A DNA stretch of 64,000 nt, taken from the NCBI RefSeq assembly GCF_009914755.1, contig NC_060928.1; one strand, given 5' to 3'. The notes beneath the pieces are model-generated. The model was not told where the DNA came from. It was given only the letters and a program-made list of their open reading frames with translations, and made no database searches. Positions 1 through 15,769 of this stretch are shown in pieces. Position numbers and translations under genes: made by a program. The stretch's first letter is position 1. Every line of letters begins with the position of its first letter. Origin of the DNA: the human T2T-CHM13v2.0 reference genome, Homo sapiens.

Positions 1-192
1 GCATACAATGAGTATTGATGAAATCAGGGTAATTGGGGTATCCATCACCTCAAGCATTTATCTTTTTTTGTGTGTTAGGAACATTTCAATTCCGCTCTAT
101 TAGTTATTTCAAAATATGCAACAAATTATTGTGACACATACAAAACAAAATATGTCAAATTTTTTTAAATTCTATTTTCTTTTTAAAACCAG

Positions 193-348
193 TCTGAAGC
201 TCAAGAACTAACAACAGTCAAGATGTCTAAATTTGGTGGTGGTATTGGTGTACCTACTAAAGAGGAAAGACTGAAGGAAGCTGCTGAAATCCACTTGAGA
301 TTAGGACAAATTCAGAGATACTGTGAACTTATGGTTGAACTTGGAGAG
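193..348 (+). CDS. WDR17: WDR17 internal coding exon (SEAQELTTVKMSKFGGGIGVPTKEERLKEAAEIHLRLGQIQRYCELMVELGE)
   Basis: AG at 191-192, GT at 349-350; 156-nt open frame, phase 0/0; joins in frame to the following exons. Confidence 0.93.
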
Positions 349-436
349 GTAATGTGCTATGAAAGTAAAACTAATGAGTTTAACATAGTAGTCTAAACGT
401 TAAGAATATACTCAATTTTAAGTATTAAAAATAAAA

Positions 437-1352
<916 letters not shown>

Positions 1353-1407
1353 TTACAGATCTAATTGATTCTCTACCAATATGATATTAAGTGTAGATGT
1401 TAGGAGA

Positions 1408-1577
1408 GTAGTTATCAAAGTGTTCCAGGACAGCAGCATTGGCATCACTGGGATCCCTATGCATGTCTCACCTCAGACCTACAGAATCAGAAACTGCGGG
1501 GTTGGAGCCCAGCCATCTTGTGTTTTCATAAGCCCTCCATGTTATTCTCTTGCATGCTGAAGTTTGAGAACTACCGC
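1408..1577. mobile_element. MER5A-like hAT-Charlie fossil
   Basis: CCTCAGACCTACAGAATCAGAAACT...AAGTTTGAGAAC resembles MER5A. Confidence 0.7.
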
Positions 1578-2590
1578 CCTAGGCTGGAATCTTAACTTCT
1601 TACAAACAAACAAAAAACGATGTTGGCTAATTTGTTCACAGTAGAATCCGCTTGCTAATACTACTTGTCATAACTAAATCCCACACTGGCCAGAAGAAGG
1701 GTTTCTGCTGAATATCATCTGATAAAGGATGATGATTGTTTAATGGAGGGCTAAATCAACAAAACTGATCTTTACAAAAAGGTTAGGATGAATTTATGCT
1801 TTTGCTACCCTTTAGTAGATGGGTAGTGACTGCAATGGAACACGGGAGAATGGGGCTTCTGTTTCTTGATCCTGAGTGTTGATTACATGGGCATACTCAG
1901 TTTGTGTAAACTTATTGGACCTTTCCCTTTTCTGTATATGCATTTTAGTTCAGTGAAAATTCTTCCTTTCCCTGCCTCACCAAAACAACCGTTAGAATGG
2001 CATGGACTTATCTCATAGCTTATCATCTTTTAAAAAGTTTAAGTTAGTTAATTGTGTAGCTACAAAGCATGATATTTAGAGTACTTGTAAATAATATAAA
2101 GTAAAACTAAGCAATATGGTTACATTAAAATAAATCAAAACTAAATTTAGCTCACCTTTTTACTTTCCATATACTTCAAGAAAAACAATGAATTACTGCT
2201 TGACCCCAAATAATAACATGTGCCATTTTAAAATGTTATCAAAAAGGCATTATAAATTTAAAAGTATTTAATTTAGGAGCAATGTAAAAATTTTCCTTGT
2301 AAAGTAGTAAATATTTAACTAAAAGTTGCTTTTTTAAACAGCATTACTGCAGAGAAGATCTATCAAAAGTCAAGGAGAAAAGGAATTAATAAATTTTGGT
2401 ACAACAGTGTAATTCTTTAGCTTTCTGGGTTTTATATTTGATTAAATATAATTTAAACTGCCTTTAACTCAAAGCCTATTTCAATCAGGTATCTGTTTGG
2501 GAAGCTTAATAATTTTATTGTTGTGCAGGTTCATCGATGTACTTAATGATCCATGAAACTGTACAAGTTGTTAGAAATATGGGTGTCCTA

Positions 2591-2892
<302 letters not shown>

Positions 2893-3721
2893 GAAATATG
2901 GGTGTCCATAGAATCGTTTGTAATCATTTCTTAGGAATGTTGTTTATTTTTTTAAGCTTATCTATTAGACATGTTTCTATTGAAAGAGCTTGGTGAATTC
3001 AAAGTTAATTTAATCTACATTGCAACTTCTTTCTTCTGTTAGAGAGAGATTTCCCCTGAAAACATATTTTAAGATACCTTTTAGGTAACATGATTTTAAA
3101 TACGTAGTATTAAAAATTGCCTGTTTAAAATTTAACGTATTATTTTCTGGTTAATTACCAATTTTCTAGTGATAATTGCAATAGAACCCTAGTGTTTTGA
3201 AAACCCTTAATTAAAATAAAATTTTGATTCATGTAGTGATATTTCAGAAAATTTTCCTCTCAGTTCCACTCTAGACTGGAATCCAATGAAATCTGTATTT
3301 TCATATAACAGTAACAATCAGCCTTTATTAAACAATGAGCTTCTTCAATAGAAGTCCAATTTTTAAATATGAAGACAAGTATTATATTATCAGTTAAATG
3401 AAGAAATGACAATAAGTAAAATTTATTAAAATGAGTAGGAAAGGATAAAATAGAAATAGATGGTATATTTGTTCATGTAAGTAGCAGTGAAATAAAAATG
3501 TTAATATTTTGAACACCATGGAACAAATTACTCTGGAGTTGTATTAGAATATGAGTCAACATATTTTTCAAAGTACATATTTTAGTTACTATTTCTTTTC
3601 TTCCCTTCCTTTCTCTCCCTCAGTCTCTCCTTCCGTTTTTCTCTTTCTTTCTCTCAGGTTTAGGACTGGATTTTCCCTAAATAATAGAATTTTACATATT
3701 TTATTTTAAAATATTTTAATA

Positions 3722-4370
3722 TGTAGAGACTTCAAAAATTTGTGGAAAATGGAATTAAAAGATAGCAATAAAAAATAAATATTTTTCTCAACTTCTTCAA
3801 ACTCCATCAAGTTCAAGATACTTTTGTAAGTGATGACAGCAGCCATTTAATCCTTCCCTAAGGAACCGAGGGGTACTTGGAATTTAACCATGTCAATACA
3901 ATCTTTTTTACTTTGTTTTTTTGTTTATTTGTTTGTGTTTTTTTTTTTTTTTTTTTTTTTTTTTTTGGAGACGAAGTCTTGCTCTGTGGCCCAGACTGGA
4001 GTGCAGTGATGTGATCACAACTCACTGCAGCCTTGAACCCCTGGGCTCAAACGATCCTGTCCACTCAGCCTCCCAAGTAGCTAGAACTACAAGTGTGCAC
4101 CACCACATCTGACTAATTAAAATATATATATATATATATATATGTTTTGGTAGACATGAGGGTCTTGCTGTGTTGCCCAGGCTAGTCTCAAACTCCTAGC
4201 CTCAAGCAATCCTCCCACCTCAGCCTCCCAAAGCACTGGCTTTACAGGCATCAGCCACCATGCCCAGCTTCTTTTATATTATTGACAGAGGTAAAATTAG
4301 TGCTCTTTAAAGATTTTTTTTAAGACTACGGAACAAAAAGAAGTCAGAAAGTACCAAATCAGGACTCAAG
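3722..4370 (-). mobile_element. HSMAR2 mariner fragment interrupted by an antisense AluJ (~3912-4268)
   Basis: GGAAAATGGAATTAAAAGATA...CTCCATCAAGTTCAAGATACTTTTGTAAG...AAAAAGAAGTCAGAA resembles the HSMAR2 end; the match resumes after the Alu. Confidence 0.7.
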
Positions 4371-4485
4371 AACTCAAATATAAAAATACTATATTATAAA
4401 TACCAATCTATTTTTTAAGTGTCTTAAGAATTACACAGAGCAACCAAAATTAATATGCTCCTGCCCTTTTTGCCTTCTATTGTAG

Positions 4486-4550
4486 TGGGACAAAGCCCTG
4501 TCAATTGCACCAGGAGTCTCTGTGAAATACTGGAAGAAGTTAATGCAGAG
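4486..4550 (+). CDS. WDR17: WDR17 coding exon (WDKALSIAPGVSVKYWKKLMQ-R)
   Basis: Pyrimidine tract + TAG acceptor, GTAAGG donor; 65 nt, phase 0/2. Confidence 0.93.
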
Positions 4551-5059
4551 GTAAGGCAGAGAGAGTCCGTGTTAAAACAGATGTTTTAAAATCATGTTAG
4601 AATAGAAGCAGTATATAAATATGGCAGTAGCTCTTGAAATTTCTTATTCTTATGTTGTCTTAAATAACAATTAAATTTTGTATCTACTGATACAGTAAAT
4701 GAAATGAATCAGTTACAAGTAATTTTGGTGTTCTTGGATTTGACTTGACCTCTGATGAAGATAGCAGAAGGCAAATTTCCCCATGTCAGTGGAGAGAAGG
4801 ACAGATCAGCAAACATACTCACTGATTAATAAATTGCTATTGAAATATAAGTGGCAAGATTTTCTGAAGGTTAGCATAGGTTCGTAAAATACTATTCTAT
4901 TAATTATCTCAAAAATTTTCTCTGTAGGCACTAATTCCTGCCATTTCTTCCCATGGATATGAGGGAGGCACTGATGATAAAGAAGGGTCTGACCACTGAG
5001 GAAATTAACTAAACATTCTTGTTTCAGAATGCAATAACCCGACAAGATTTTTTCTCAAG

Positions 5060-5530
5060 TGGGCTAGTTTCCTGGGGTTGCCGTAAAAAAAAAAAAAAAA
5101 TTACCATAAAATGGGTGGCCTAAAACAACAGAAATTTATTTTCTCACAGTTCTGGAGGCCAGAAGTCTAAATCATGTTGTCAGCAAAGTTGGTTTCTACT
5201 GGAGGCTCTGAGAAAGAATTAGTTCCATGCTTCTCTCTTGGTGTCTGGTTGCGTGCAGTCCTTGGCATCTTGTGGCTTTTTGACACGTCACTCCAGTCTC
5301 TCCTTTATCTGCACATGGCATTATTCCCTGTGTGTCTCTGTGCCCAGATTTCCTCTTCTTATAAGTCATGAGTCATATTGGATTGAGGTCCTACCCTAAT
5401 CCAGTATGACCGCATATTACTTCAACTAATTACATCGGCTAAGACCCTATTTCCATATATGGTTACATTCACAGGTATCGTGGGTTAGGACTTCAACATA
5501 TTGTTTTGAGGGACACATTTCAACCTACAA
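5060..5530 (-). mobile_element. MLT1 (MLT1C-like) MaLR solo LTR
   Basis: AAAACAACAGAAATTTATTTTCTCACAGTTCTGGAGGCCAGAAGTC hallmark. Confidence 0.8.
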
Positions 5531-5577
5531 TGTATCATTATTCTCTGTTCTATTTTATTCTACTCTCTTCTATGCTA

Positions 5578-7160
5578 TTCATTCATTTAACAAATATTTA
5601 TTAATGCCTACTATATGCCAATCACTGTGCTAATCTTATAGAGTACTATATATTATTATGTAATTACGTTTCTTCTGACATTAAAAACAGAAATTTGGAT
5701 TTTTCTTTTATGCAACAAGGTTTAGTGGCAAAAAATCAACTGCTTCTTATAGACACAAGTAAAAATCAATCAAAGGCTAAACATAAAATTCAGAAGGATT
5801 AACACATTTGCCATGGGAAAGTAGACTGTTCCCTAGCACCTGCTCCCAACAGTAAGTTAAGCAACAGGCTGATTGTAGCCCTCAGATTTTAGGCTCCCTC
5901 TCCTGAGCTTTAAGAATCCCCAGTGCTGTAAGTCCCTGTACCCTCACAGCACAATTGTGAATGTTATTGCTCTCACCGAATCCTTAAAAAGGCAAGTTAG
6001 CAGAGGATATTTATTTCACAAAACATTATTTCAATCTCAGCAAAAACTTAATGGATTTCCATTTAAGACCAAAGTGGAGTCACTCCATGTTAATATTGCA
6101 GAATAAAAGTAAACATATTTTGTATTCTATGTGATTATTGACATATTTTATTATCATCTAGTCATATTAATATGCTACTACGTTGCTTTCTATGTTAGGT
6201 ATCTGTGAGTTTAAAATGTGGTGTATCCTCAGATAAATTGGAACAAAGGAAACCTGACCAAGATTGGTGTATATGAACTGAGCTATAAAGAATACATAGG
6301 ACATAACCAAGTGAAGAGGCTAGAGGAAGCATCCCAGGCTTAGGAAGCAGAGTACAGGAACTCTGTGAAAGGAGGCTGCTGTAGCTGGAGTGCAGGAGCC
6401 AGGGGGAAGTGATGCCAAGGGAAAGTGAAAAGGTAGGCCCAAGCTGGACATTTTAGGGCCTTGTAAACGTAGTAAGCTTTTTTATTGTTTCTTTTTCCTA
6501 AGAGGAACACAAGACATTAAAGGGTTTTAATTTTAAATAGGGTAGAAAGTGATGTGATCAATTCTTCATTTAGAATATCCGCACAAGCTAAAATATCAAG
6601 AACAGATTAGAGAAGGTCAATAGCAGATATGAGGAGGCCAGTTAGAAGGCAATTAGAATAGCTGAGTCAAGAGACAGCAGTAGCGTGGACGCCATATGTA
6701 GTGATGTGGGGACTGAGAAAAGTAGACAAATTTGATATATCTAGGAGTTAAAAGTAACTGGATTTGGTAATAGAGATGAGGAAGGTATAACATAATTTTT
6801 AGGTTTTAGGTTTGAAAAACTGGATAGAAGCTGTTGCTAATCACTGGGATTTAAAAACAAACAACTAAAACAACAACAACAGCAAAACCATTAGAAGAGG
6901 ATTTGAATCAAATGGCACGAAGATCATTAGTTCTCTTTGGACATGTTGAGCTTGAAGTTCCTTGTGATTTTAGTGGCATTGTTCAATAGCCAGTCTTGAT
7001 TTTGTAGCCCAAAGAAGAAATCTGGATCACATGGAGGTTATTGTTGATCTTAGTAAGAGCTGTTTTGGTAGAAAGAAGGAGACTGAAGCAAGATTAGAAT
7101 AGATTTAGTGGGGAAGGAAAAGGAGGAGGCAAATGGGAATACACAAAACTCTTCCAAGTC
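5578..7160 (-). mobile_element. Degraded L2 fragments
   Basis: ATTCATTTAACAAATATTTATTAATGCCTACTATATGCCA L2 3' end; purine-rich L2-like body ~6200-7160. Confidence 0.55.
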
Positions 7161-7667
7161 TATTTCATTTATCTTTGAAAGCCAACTCCTGATTTTCTCT
7201 GCCTCTTAGCCATGTAGCTGCCAGAAAGTGGTCTCTCCACAACTCCTGCATTTATGCTTTATAGATCCAGCCATTCATCCAGATTGGCAGTCTCTCAATC
7301 ATAGTTTCAAATGCCCAGGGAAGTAGATTATTATTTCTAACCAGCTTCTTTCTAAACAGCTATAACAAGAAAATCAAAGTCACATAGTAAAAACATAGCT
7401 GTTGAGGAATACTTCGATGACTCTATGAAATTGGAGACTGTTAACAGTGAGCTGGCAAATATCATGAAAAATATTTTCCATTTTCAGCATGAAAAATATC
7501 TGCTACCCCTACCCAAAGATTAAAAATTGAATTCTGGTTTAATGTAAATGCTAGCATAAATTAAATAGACCAGGTTATTTTTAAACAAAACTGAGGTTAA
7601 ACATTGAGGGCAGAATTAGCTAGGGGGTTAGTCATTGAGAAAATACCTGAGACGTAGATGGGAAGAT

Positions 7668-7790
7668 ACACACACACACACGCACACACACACACACACA
7701 TACACACACACAGATGGAGAGAGAGAGAGAGAGAGAGAGAAAGGGAGAGAGAGAGAAATGGGTGCAGAGAGACAGAGACAGATTACAGAA
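7668..7790. repeat. Compound (CA)n/(GA)n microsatellite
   Basis: Read directly. Confidence 0.95.
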
Positions 7791-8398
7791 ACAGACACAT
7801 GTACACCCTTCACAATCTCTAAGATTACCATCCCCTTTCTCCCTTCACATGTCTGGAACATTATTTTCCTTTAATCTTCCTCACTTAAGGCACTTAAGAC
7901 ATTCTACATTTTATTGTTAATATTTATGTTTCTATATTCTCCATCTTAGTGATTTTTAAGCTACTTGAGTTTCAAGCCTCTCTATTCATTGTTATGCTTC
8001 CTAAAACAATTAAAATTATCTGTCTTTAACAATGTAGATACCCACATATTTGCTTAATCCACCTGATATCCTATCACACGTACCTTGTATAAAACATATT
8101 TTTGAATAAATTAATTGCCCATTTTAATAAACTACATTGATTTTAAGATCTAAAATGTTCAGGCATATTTTATGTCATGTTCTAAAGACAAACAAGTACC
8201 TATAGTATTTATTATTTCATACAACTTTTATCTGCCTTCCACATGTAATTTGATTATAAAATGTCTTTTTTAAAAGTGGTATGCCAAAGGGCTTTATGAA
8301 ATCTGCTACAAATTTTAGCCATACTTTCAGAAAATCTCAATTCACCTAAAAACCTTCAAAATAATATATTGTTTAAAAAACTGTCCTTATTTTATTAG

Positions 8399-8531
8399 GA
8401 GAGCTGACCAATTAATCCAGGAAGATAAGGATGATGTCATTCCATACTGCATAGCCATTGGTGATGTGAAAAAGCTAGTCCATTTTTTCATGTCAAGAGG
8501 TCAGCTTAAAGAAGCTCTGCTTGTTGCACAG
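8399..8531 (+). CDS. WDR17: WDR17 coding exon (RADQLIQEDKDDVIPYCIAIGDVKKLVHFFMSRGQLKEALLVAQ)
   Basis: TTATTAG acceptor, GTAAAA donor; 133 nt, phase 2/0. Confidence 0.93.
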
Positions 8532-8625
8532 GTAAAACCACAGAACTACCCCAGTCACATACATGAATGCTTGAGCATGTAGAAGGGAGAAGGTTGTGTT
8601 GACTGGCTCACTCTTACATAATTGA

Positions 8626-9036
<411 letters not shown>

Positions 9037-9315
9037 TAGATCTTTAAACATACAAGCATCTCTGAACTCTAAACTTTACACATGCTGCTGAATGTTATAC
9101 ACCATGCATTTGAACAACTTAGTAATAATTCACTTGAAGCTTTTTTTGCTACACACAATTAACATCTCATTTCTCCTCAAATTCTAAGATTATCTCCAAA
9201 TTATAGTATAAATTTCAAACATTATTTAAGTATACTTTGCTCAAAATCATATTCTGAAATGTGTCAATTATCAACAATTAGCTAAGGAATAATTCAACAT
9301 TTAATTAAATTCTAG

Positions 9316-9407
9316 GCTGCTTCTGAAGGAAATATGCAGCCCTTACATGTTTCCGTGCCTAAAGGAGCTTCATATTCTGATGATATCTACAAGGAAGACT
9401 TTAATGA
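9316..9407 (+). CDS. WDR17: WDR17 coding exon (AASEGNMQPLHVSVPKGASYSDDIYKEDFN-E)
   Basis: TCTAG acceptor, GTGAGT donor; 92 nt, phase 0/2. Confidence 0.92.
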
Positions 9408-10479
9408 GTGAGTGATTTATTTGCTCTGGGTCCATATGTTTTATGGTTGTCTTCCCTTTAGGAATTTTTGAAGTCTCTATAATTCATCCTTCTTTGTATA
9501 CTGATGACTTGACTGCCTCAACCGCATTCCTCACCATGATCCAGTTCCATACAGCATTTACTCCTAGATGAACAGGGAAATTTCAGGCATGGAGACTCTG
9601 TTTATACACATTTTATATAGCTTTCAGAAAAGCAAAATGCATTTTACTAGAGAGATTGAAAGTAAGGCACCTAAACACTTAGAAACTAATCAAACCTATT
9701 GGAGAGGACCAATGATGAAAATAAGATAGACTGCTTATTAATGTTTTACTCTAAAGTTAGTGTATGTAAGTTCACAGTAACGTAGTTTATAATCCCATGA
9801 CCCCAGTATTGGTATCTAGAATAATGTTTGGTCCTCTTTTAAAGAAGAAATCCTGATAGTTATTTTAAAAAAGAAATGGAAATGAGAATTTTTCAGCCTT
9901 CTAACCTTTTTTTAATCCAGTAGTCTGCCTTCCCCCATCCTTTCTATTTGCTCCTATTATTAAGCTAGAAAATAGGATATTTAAACTTTTAAGACACTCA
10001 TCAAGTAGAAGAGGATCATGAAATGTTAAGCAAATAATGTGTTGGGAATAATGTATTCTTGCCTGGATCTTTACTGCCATTCTCTGCCATTTCTAAATTT
10101 GACATTTTAAAAAGCTAACACATGCTAGCTGTATTTTGGATACCACATAAATTTCTCAAAATTTCAATTTGACCTGTAATTCTTCTACGCTTAACTTCCC
10201 CTGTGGCTGAATCATAAATTGTCCAATGCAGAATGGTAAGCTTTTAAAATCAGGCTTCTTTTCTGACAGTTGTGGGGATAGAGGGAGATAGAGGCTTATC
10301 AGACCGTATACTTGTAAAGACCACTTTCCTGATTTATTTTTTCCAAAAACAAGTCTTTAAAGCAAGCATGTCAAATTAAATTTTATTTGGTCTTTTTATC
10401 ATACCTTTTAAAAAGTATTGGTTTGCTTTTATAATGGAATACTTGTGTTTATATAGAATACACATTTTTTTCTTTCTAG

Positions 10480-10579
10480 ACTCCTGCACAAAGTCAGTAA
10501 AGAACTGGCAGAATGGTATTTTCAAGATGGTCGAGCAGTACTAGCCGCATGTTGCCATCTTGCCATAGATAATATTGAG
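10480..10579 (+). CDS. WDR17: WDR17 coding exon (LLHKVSKELAEWYFQDGRAVLAACCHLAIDNIE)
   Basis: T-rich tract + TAG acceptor, GTACGA donor; 100 nt, phase 2/0. Confidence 0.92.
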
Positions 10580-10727
10580 GTACGACATTTAAAACTGGTT
10601 TATGTGAATGAAAAGTTTTTTAGATATGTCATGGTGTTTGAGAGGAAAAGATATGGTGACTTTCTATGTGAGATCTGGTTTTGCATGTCTTCGAAGCCTG
10701 AGTAATTAAGTAATTACATTCCTAATT

Positions 10728-10787
10728 AGCACACATAAACTATGAGCTCTTGTTTTAAGCACACATAGACTATGAGCTCTTGTTTTC
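10728..10787. repeat. Tandem duplication, 2 x 30 bp (AGCACACATARACTATGAGCTCTTGTTTTM)
   Basis: Two adjacent copies differing at 2 positions. Confidence 0.9.
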
Positions 10788-11558
10788 TTTTATTTCTACC
10801 ACAAGACACATATTTATAACAACCTTGTTTTAAACATTTCAACATAGATGAGAAGCGCCAGTGTAGTAAAGGGAAGAATCACTGGACGTAGACACAAAAT
10901 ATCTGAGTCTTTTCTCACACATACTGACTTTGGGCACGTCATTTAACCCTCAGAATCTCAAATGTCTTCAATTCTAAAATGAAAATATGAATACCTCCCT
11001 TACCTATTTCACATATATTTGTTAGGATTATAAGAAAAAATACAAATGAAAGCACTTATTTTTCAGTATATTATTCACAAGTTATATTTTTAAGGTACTT
11101 TCCACTTGAGTCATTAATTTAATAAGGAAAATGTTAATTAAAGATACAGATTCTATTGTGCATTTATCTTTAGATATATTTGCTTTAGGAAATGATAGAT
11201 AACTATATAATCTTAAAGAAGCTCTTAAAAATTTACATTTTTTTCTGATATGGAGATTGAAGGACATATTGAGAATATCATAGAGTGTTATTAATTAATT
11301 ACAAAAATAGAACCAAGGGTTCTAAACTCTTCAATTCTGACCTAAAAAAAATTTCTGTATGTCTCATTAATAACTTTTCCCTCTGAAAATTGCAATTACG
11401 CTTACATAGCTACTTTATAGGAATATTACAGTCAATATTTTATAAGAATAATTGATTTATAGGTTAATACTGCTTTATCTGCTTTATGAGCTTGGAGGGG
11501 AATGATGATCCTACCCAGCTTCTATGCAACTGAAGAAATTATTTTCTTATTGAGCAAG

Positions 11559-11698
11559 CTTGCTATGGCATACCTGATTCGCGGAAATGAACTGGAGTTG
11601 GCAGTCTGTGTGGGCACAGTACTAGGAGAGTCTGCAGCACCAGCAACCCACTATGCCTTAGAATTACTGGCGAGAAAGTGCATGATGATTTCAGTATG
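11559..11698 (+). CDS. WDR17: WDR17 coding exon (LAMAYLIRGNELELAVCVGTVLGESAAPATHYALELLARKCMMISV-)
   Basis: AAG acceptor at 11556-11558, GTAAGA donor; 140 nt, phase 0/2; lies inside ORF 11502..11702. Confidence 0.9.
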
Positions 11699-12702
11699 GT
11701 AAGAATTTTGAAATTCAAAGAATAATTTCATAGTGATGGAATACATTTTTAAAACATTATAAATTCCATTTGATAAGATATGCATTGGGAGAATATAGGA
11801 TCACCTTGTTTATAAAGGATAAGATTGTGGAAGGAAATAATGATATAACAATGTCATAATGATGAGAACTATCATGGTTGTATAATGAAATTTGCCATGA
11901 TCCATTCTGAAGTAGCCCAGTTGTAATTCCGTAGTGTTTCAAGCACTTAAAGTATCATGAGACAACAAATGTGCTCTTCTTAAGATGATCAGAACACATA
12001 TTCCCACATCTTAAAATTCCGCATATCTACACTTTTTTCTTGTCAGATCTTGTGTCCTATTTTAAATTTGTACAATAAAGTCACTTATATAAAGCAACAA
12101 CAAAAAATGGTTTTGCTGGACACTTGAAACAGGACACCTCCCCCAGACTCTGGCAATACCCAAAGAAAGAGACCCTGGGAATTACCTGGGGTAGCCCGGA
12201 AATCCAGGGCAAAGCAATTCCAGCTCATATCTGCAGAGCCCTGGCCTTAAGTCAAACAATCCATTATTACGGAGGCTCTATTAGGAAACATGGGATTCCG
12301 TCATTCCTTAGATGTTTATTGAATAAAGATTATTTTAGATTTTTATCTTTTCTTTCTCTCAAATACTTAGGATCTCAAGAAGTTTCTAAATGAATTTGTT
12401 TATCAGGACTATGACCTTTCCCCATTGCAAGTCCCATGCACACACACACCACCCTGGAGGTGGAGCTATACAGATGACTATAACTATTGAACACCACAGG
12501 TGGTAATGATAATAATAAATACTAATTAACACTTCTATACTGTTTACTCTGTGCCAAGCACGATTTTAAGTACTTTATATGTAAAAATTCACTAGGTTCT
12601 ATGTGGTAGGTTTTAATTTTCCTGAGGTCGCAGTAAGTGGTAGAGCCAAGATTCAAAGCTACATAAATCAGCTCTGAAGTTTGCATTCTTAGCTGTCAGA
12701 CT

Positions 12703-13045
12703 ACTTGGGGTGAGCATCCCTAATCCAAAAATCCAAAATCCAAAATGCTCCAATATCCAAAACCTTTCAGGTGTTGACCTGACAATCATAAGTGGAAAAT
12801 TCCACATGAAAGTACTTAACACAAAAATTTGTTTAATGCACAAATTATTAAAAATATTCTATAAATTACCTTCAGGCTGTGTGGATAAGGTGTATATGAA
12901 ACATAAATACATTTTGTATTTAGACTTGGGTCCCATCCCTTAGATATCTTATTATGTATATGCAAATATTCTAAAATCCAAAAAAGTCTGAAATCTGAAA
13001 CACCTTTGGTCCCAAGCGTTTCAGATGAGGGATACCCAACCTGTA
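12703..13045. mobile_element. Tigger4b/MER46-like DNA transposon, preceded by a MIR (~12510-12700)
   Basis: GAGCATCCCTAATCCAAAAATCCAAAATCC...GGATACCCAACCTGTA termini. Confidence 0.7.
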
Positions 13046-13400
13046 CCACTTTCTTATCTGCAGCCAACTCGGGAAAAGAACAACACTTACATTCTTCTTT
13101 TTTGTCTGAATCTGAAGGTTTTATAGTGAATCAGGAATTTCAAAGTTGTTTTAATTTTTACATATATCTTACAGTAATGTAAGAGCTCCCTTCCCCCACT
13201 AAAATGTAGTAGTACCCTACCATCAGTTTCAGACTTCAGTGTACTTAATGGTGACTCTCCTCTGAGAGTATCTAGTTATCTCTCTATCAAGAGCTATAAT
13301 AGTCAATTACCTAGGGACTTGCCTTTGTCTCAAAGCATGAAGCCTAATTGAAATTATTTATTCATGAAGGTGGCTGATTTCATGCTAAAAGTCATCATCA

Positions 13401-13788
<388 letters not shown>

Positions 13789-13816
13789 TTTGGCAGCAAA
13801 AGAGAAATACAGTATA

Positions 13817-14130
13817 CAGTTGACCCTTGAACAATATGAGGGTTAGGGGTGCCAACCCCCCAAGCAGTCCAAAATCCATCTATATCTTCTAACTCCCTCA
13901 AAACTTAACTACTAATAGCCTACTCTTGACTGGAAGCCTTACTGATAACATTAACAGTCAATTAACAGATATTTTGTATCCTTTATGTATTATATACTGT
14001 ATTCTTACAATAAAGTAAACTGGAGAATAGAAAATGTTATTAAGAAAATCGTAAGGAAGAGAAATCAATTTACTATGCATTAAGTGGAAGTGGGTCATCA
14101 TAAAGGTCTTTATCTACATCTGCTTCCTAC
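13817..14130. mobile_element. Tigger2-family fragment
   Basis: CAGTTGACCCTTGAACAA terminus and AAGTGGAAGTGGGTCATCATAAAGGTCTT; inverted relative to the copy at 47460-47882. Confidence 0.75.
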
Positions 14131-14528
14131 TGAGCAGTTCAAACTCAAAACATTGTATGTTACATAATATGATTAAACATTTTTCAATTAACTATATGTC
14201 TTAATTACTTTTAAGAAAAAACAAACTTCTTCCTTGTAACGCCCCCATCCCAACAATTCTTTTTTAATATATCCATAGATATGTGTAACAGAAACTAGGA
14301 AACAGTTTAAATGTGGTGCTGATTAGCTTTACTTTCAGGAGAAAGCTGTAATCCTCCTGGCTATTAGTAGAGCTGCACAGATTTTTTAAAAGATAGCTAC
14401 ATCATTTATAAAGATGTGCATAATTTTTAAGCTATAAACAGCGCTTTTTTTACATTTACTGTAAAAGTCTGTTTCTTTGTGGTATTCATCGTATAATCAT
14501 GGTATTCATATTTAATATTTTCCTTTAG

Positions 14529-14549
14529 CTTTCCATGTGTTGGATACAG
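14529..14549 (+). CDS. WDR17: WDR17 21-nt frame-preserving microexon (C-FPCVGY-R/S)
   Basis: TTTTCCTTTAG acceptor and CAG|GTATTA donor around 21 nt; phase 2/2, no stop; matches the CFPCVGY segment I recall in the long WDR17 isoform. Confidence 0.8.
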
Positions 14550-15769
14550 GTATTATCTACTTTTATTTAAGAACATATTCCTTTAAAATGTATATACTCC
14601 TTTATTTTATTATTTGAATACTATCTCTGTATTAAGAAATATTTATCAACTATTTTCACATTATTTTATGGTATGCCAATTCACGTGTAATTTATAGCAC
14701 ATGAAACCTGACTACAAAGTAATGAGAAAAGTTCCTATAATCACTCATGATTTTATACTTAAAAGTTGTACAATAAATGAACTGTGATTTCCTGCAATAC
14801 CAAATAATAGCTAACTCAGCTAAGCAGAATGAAATATCTCTTCTGATAGTGAAATTTTATATTTTAGATCATTCAATTGGTCTATATCATTTTTATATGT
14901 ACATTTTTCCCCATTTGTGTACTGAACTCTCAAAAAAGAGTGAATTTGATTAACATTGAAGGAAATTAGCTGGCCTTGCTAAAATTTCACTGTATGAAGA
15001 TGTAATTCTACATTAAGAAAGTCAAATTTTGTCTATAGTTCAATGAAGTTTGAATAGAATTTTAGCACAGCTATTTTATACACAGTAAAAACAAATGATA
15101 ATTTCTATATTTTCATGGACGTTATTTAAAACTATGAAATTTTGATAAGAGGAAACACATGACATCATTCATGCATTTTAGCATGAACAGCTAAACTACT
15201 CTAACTTGGAACCTGCCCAATGTAATAGAAAATGTGGCAGTTTGGAAAGATATTATGTGTAATTTTTAATGGCTAGAGGAAAATAATATGAAAAATTATT
15301 GTAATCTTTTATCAATTCTCTTTTGACATTATCTAGAAAACTATTTATTAGTAAAATGATGAGTTATCAAAATATTTTATGTAAAAAACTTCACTAAAGT
15401 TTTTCTTATTCTAAAAACATTAAAGTAAGCCTAATTGAAAATGTTACTGTCCTGATAGTTTGTGACGTGTGTGTATTTTTTACTTTTAGTAAAACTTTGG
15501 ATTTCACACCAGAGCTTGCCAATTGTCTTTATTCCTATTCTATATTCATTATATTCTTAATTAAGCACCTCTTAAGTTTTAAAAAAGAATTGATTTACTT
15601 AAATGACTAATGTAGATTTTACTGACGTTTTCACAAAGAAGATGAAGTGTAGGGTTTTACTCCCAGAGGCCCCAGCACACAGCTTTATAAATTCTTATGT
15701 GAAATATCTCCTATTCTAATGTCACCTCTTCTGTATGGCTATATATCAATTTTTTAAAAACAATATCTT

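Noticed and set aside
7628-7920. HT/ER-repeat ORFs
   Set aside because: Translation of the (CA)n/(GA)n microsatellite.
10728-10787. 30-bp repeat as a CRISPR-like or regulatory array
   Set aside because: Only two adjacent copies with no spacer, in a eukaryotic intron; a simple slippage duplication.
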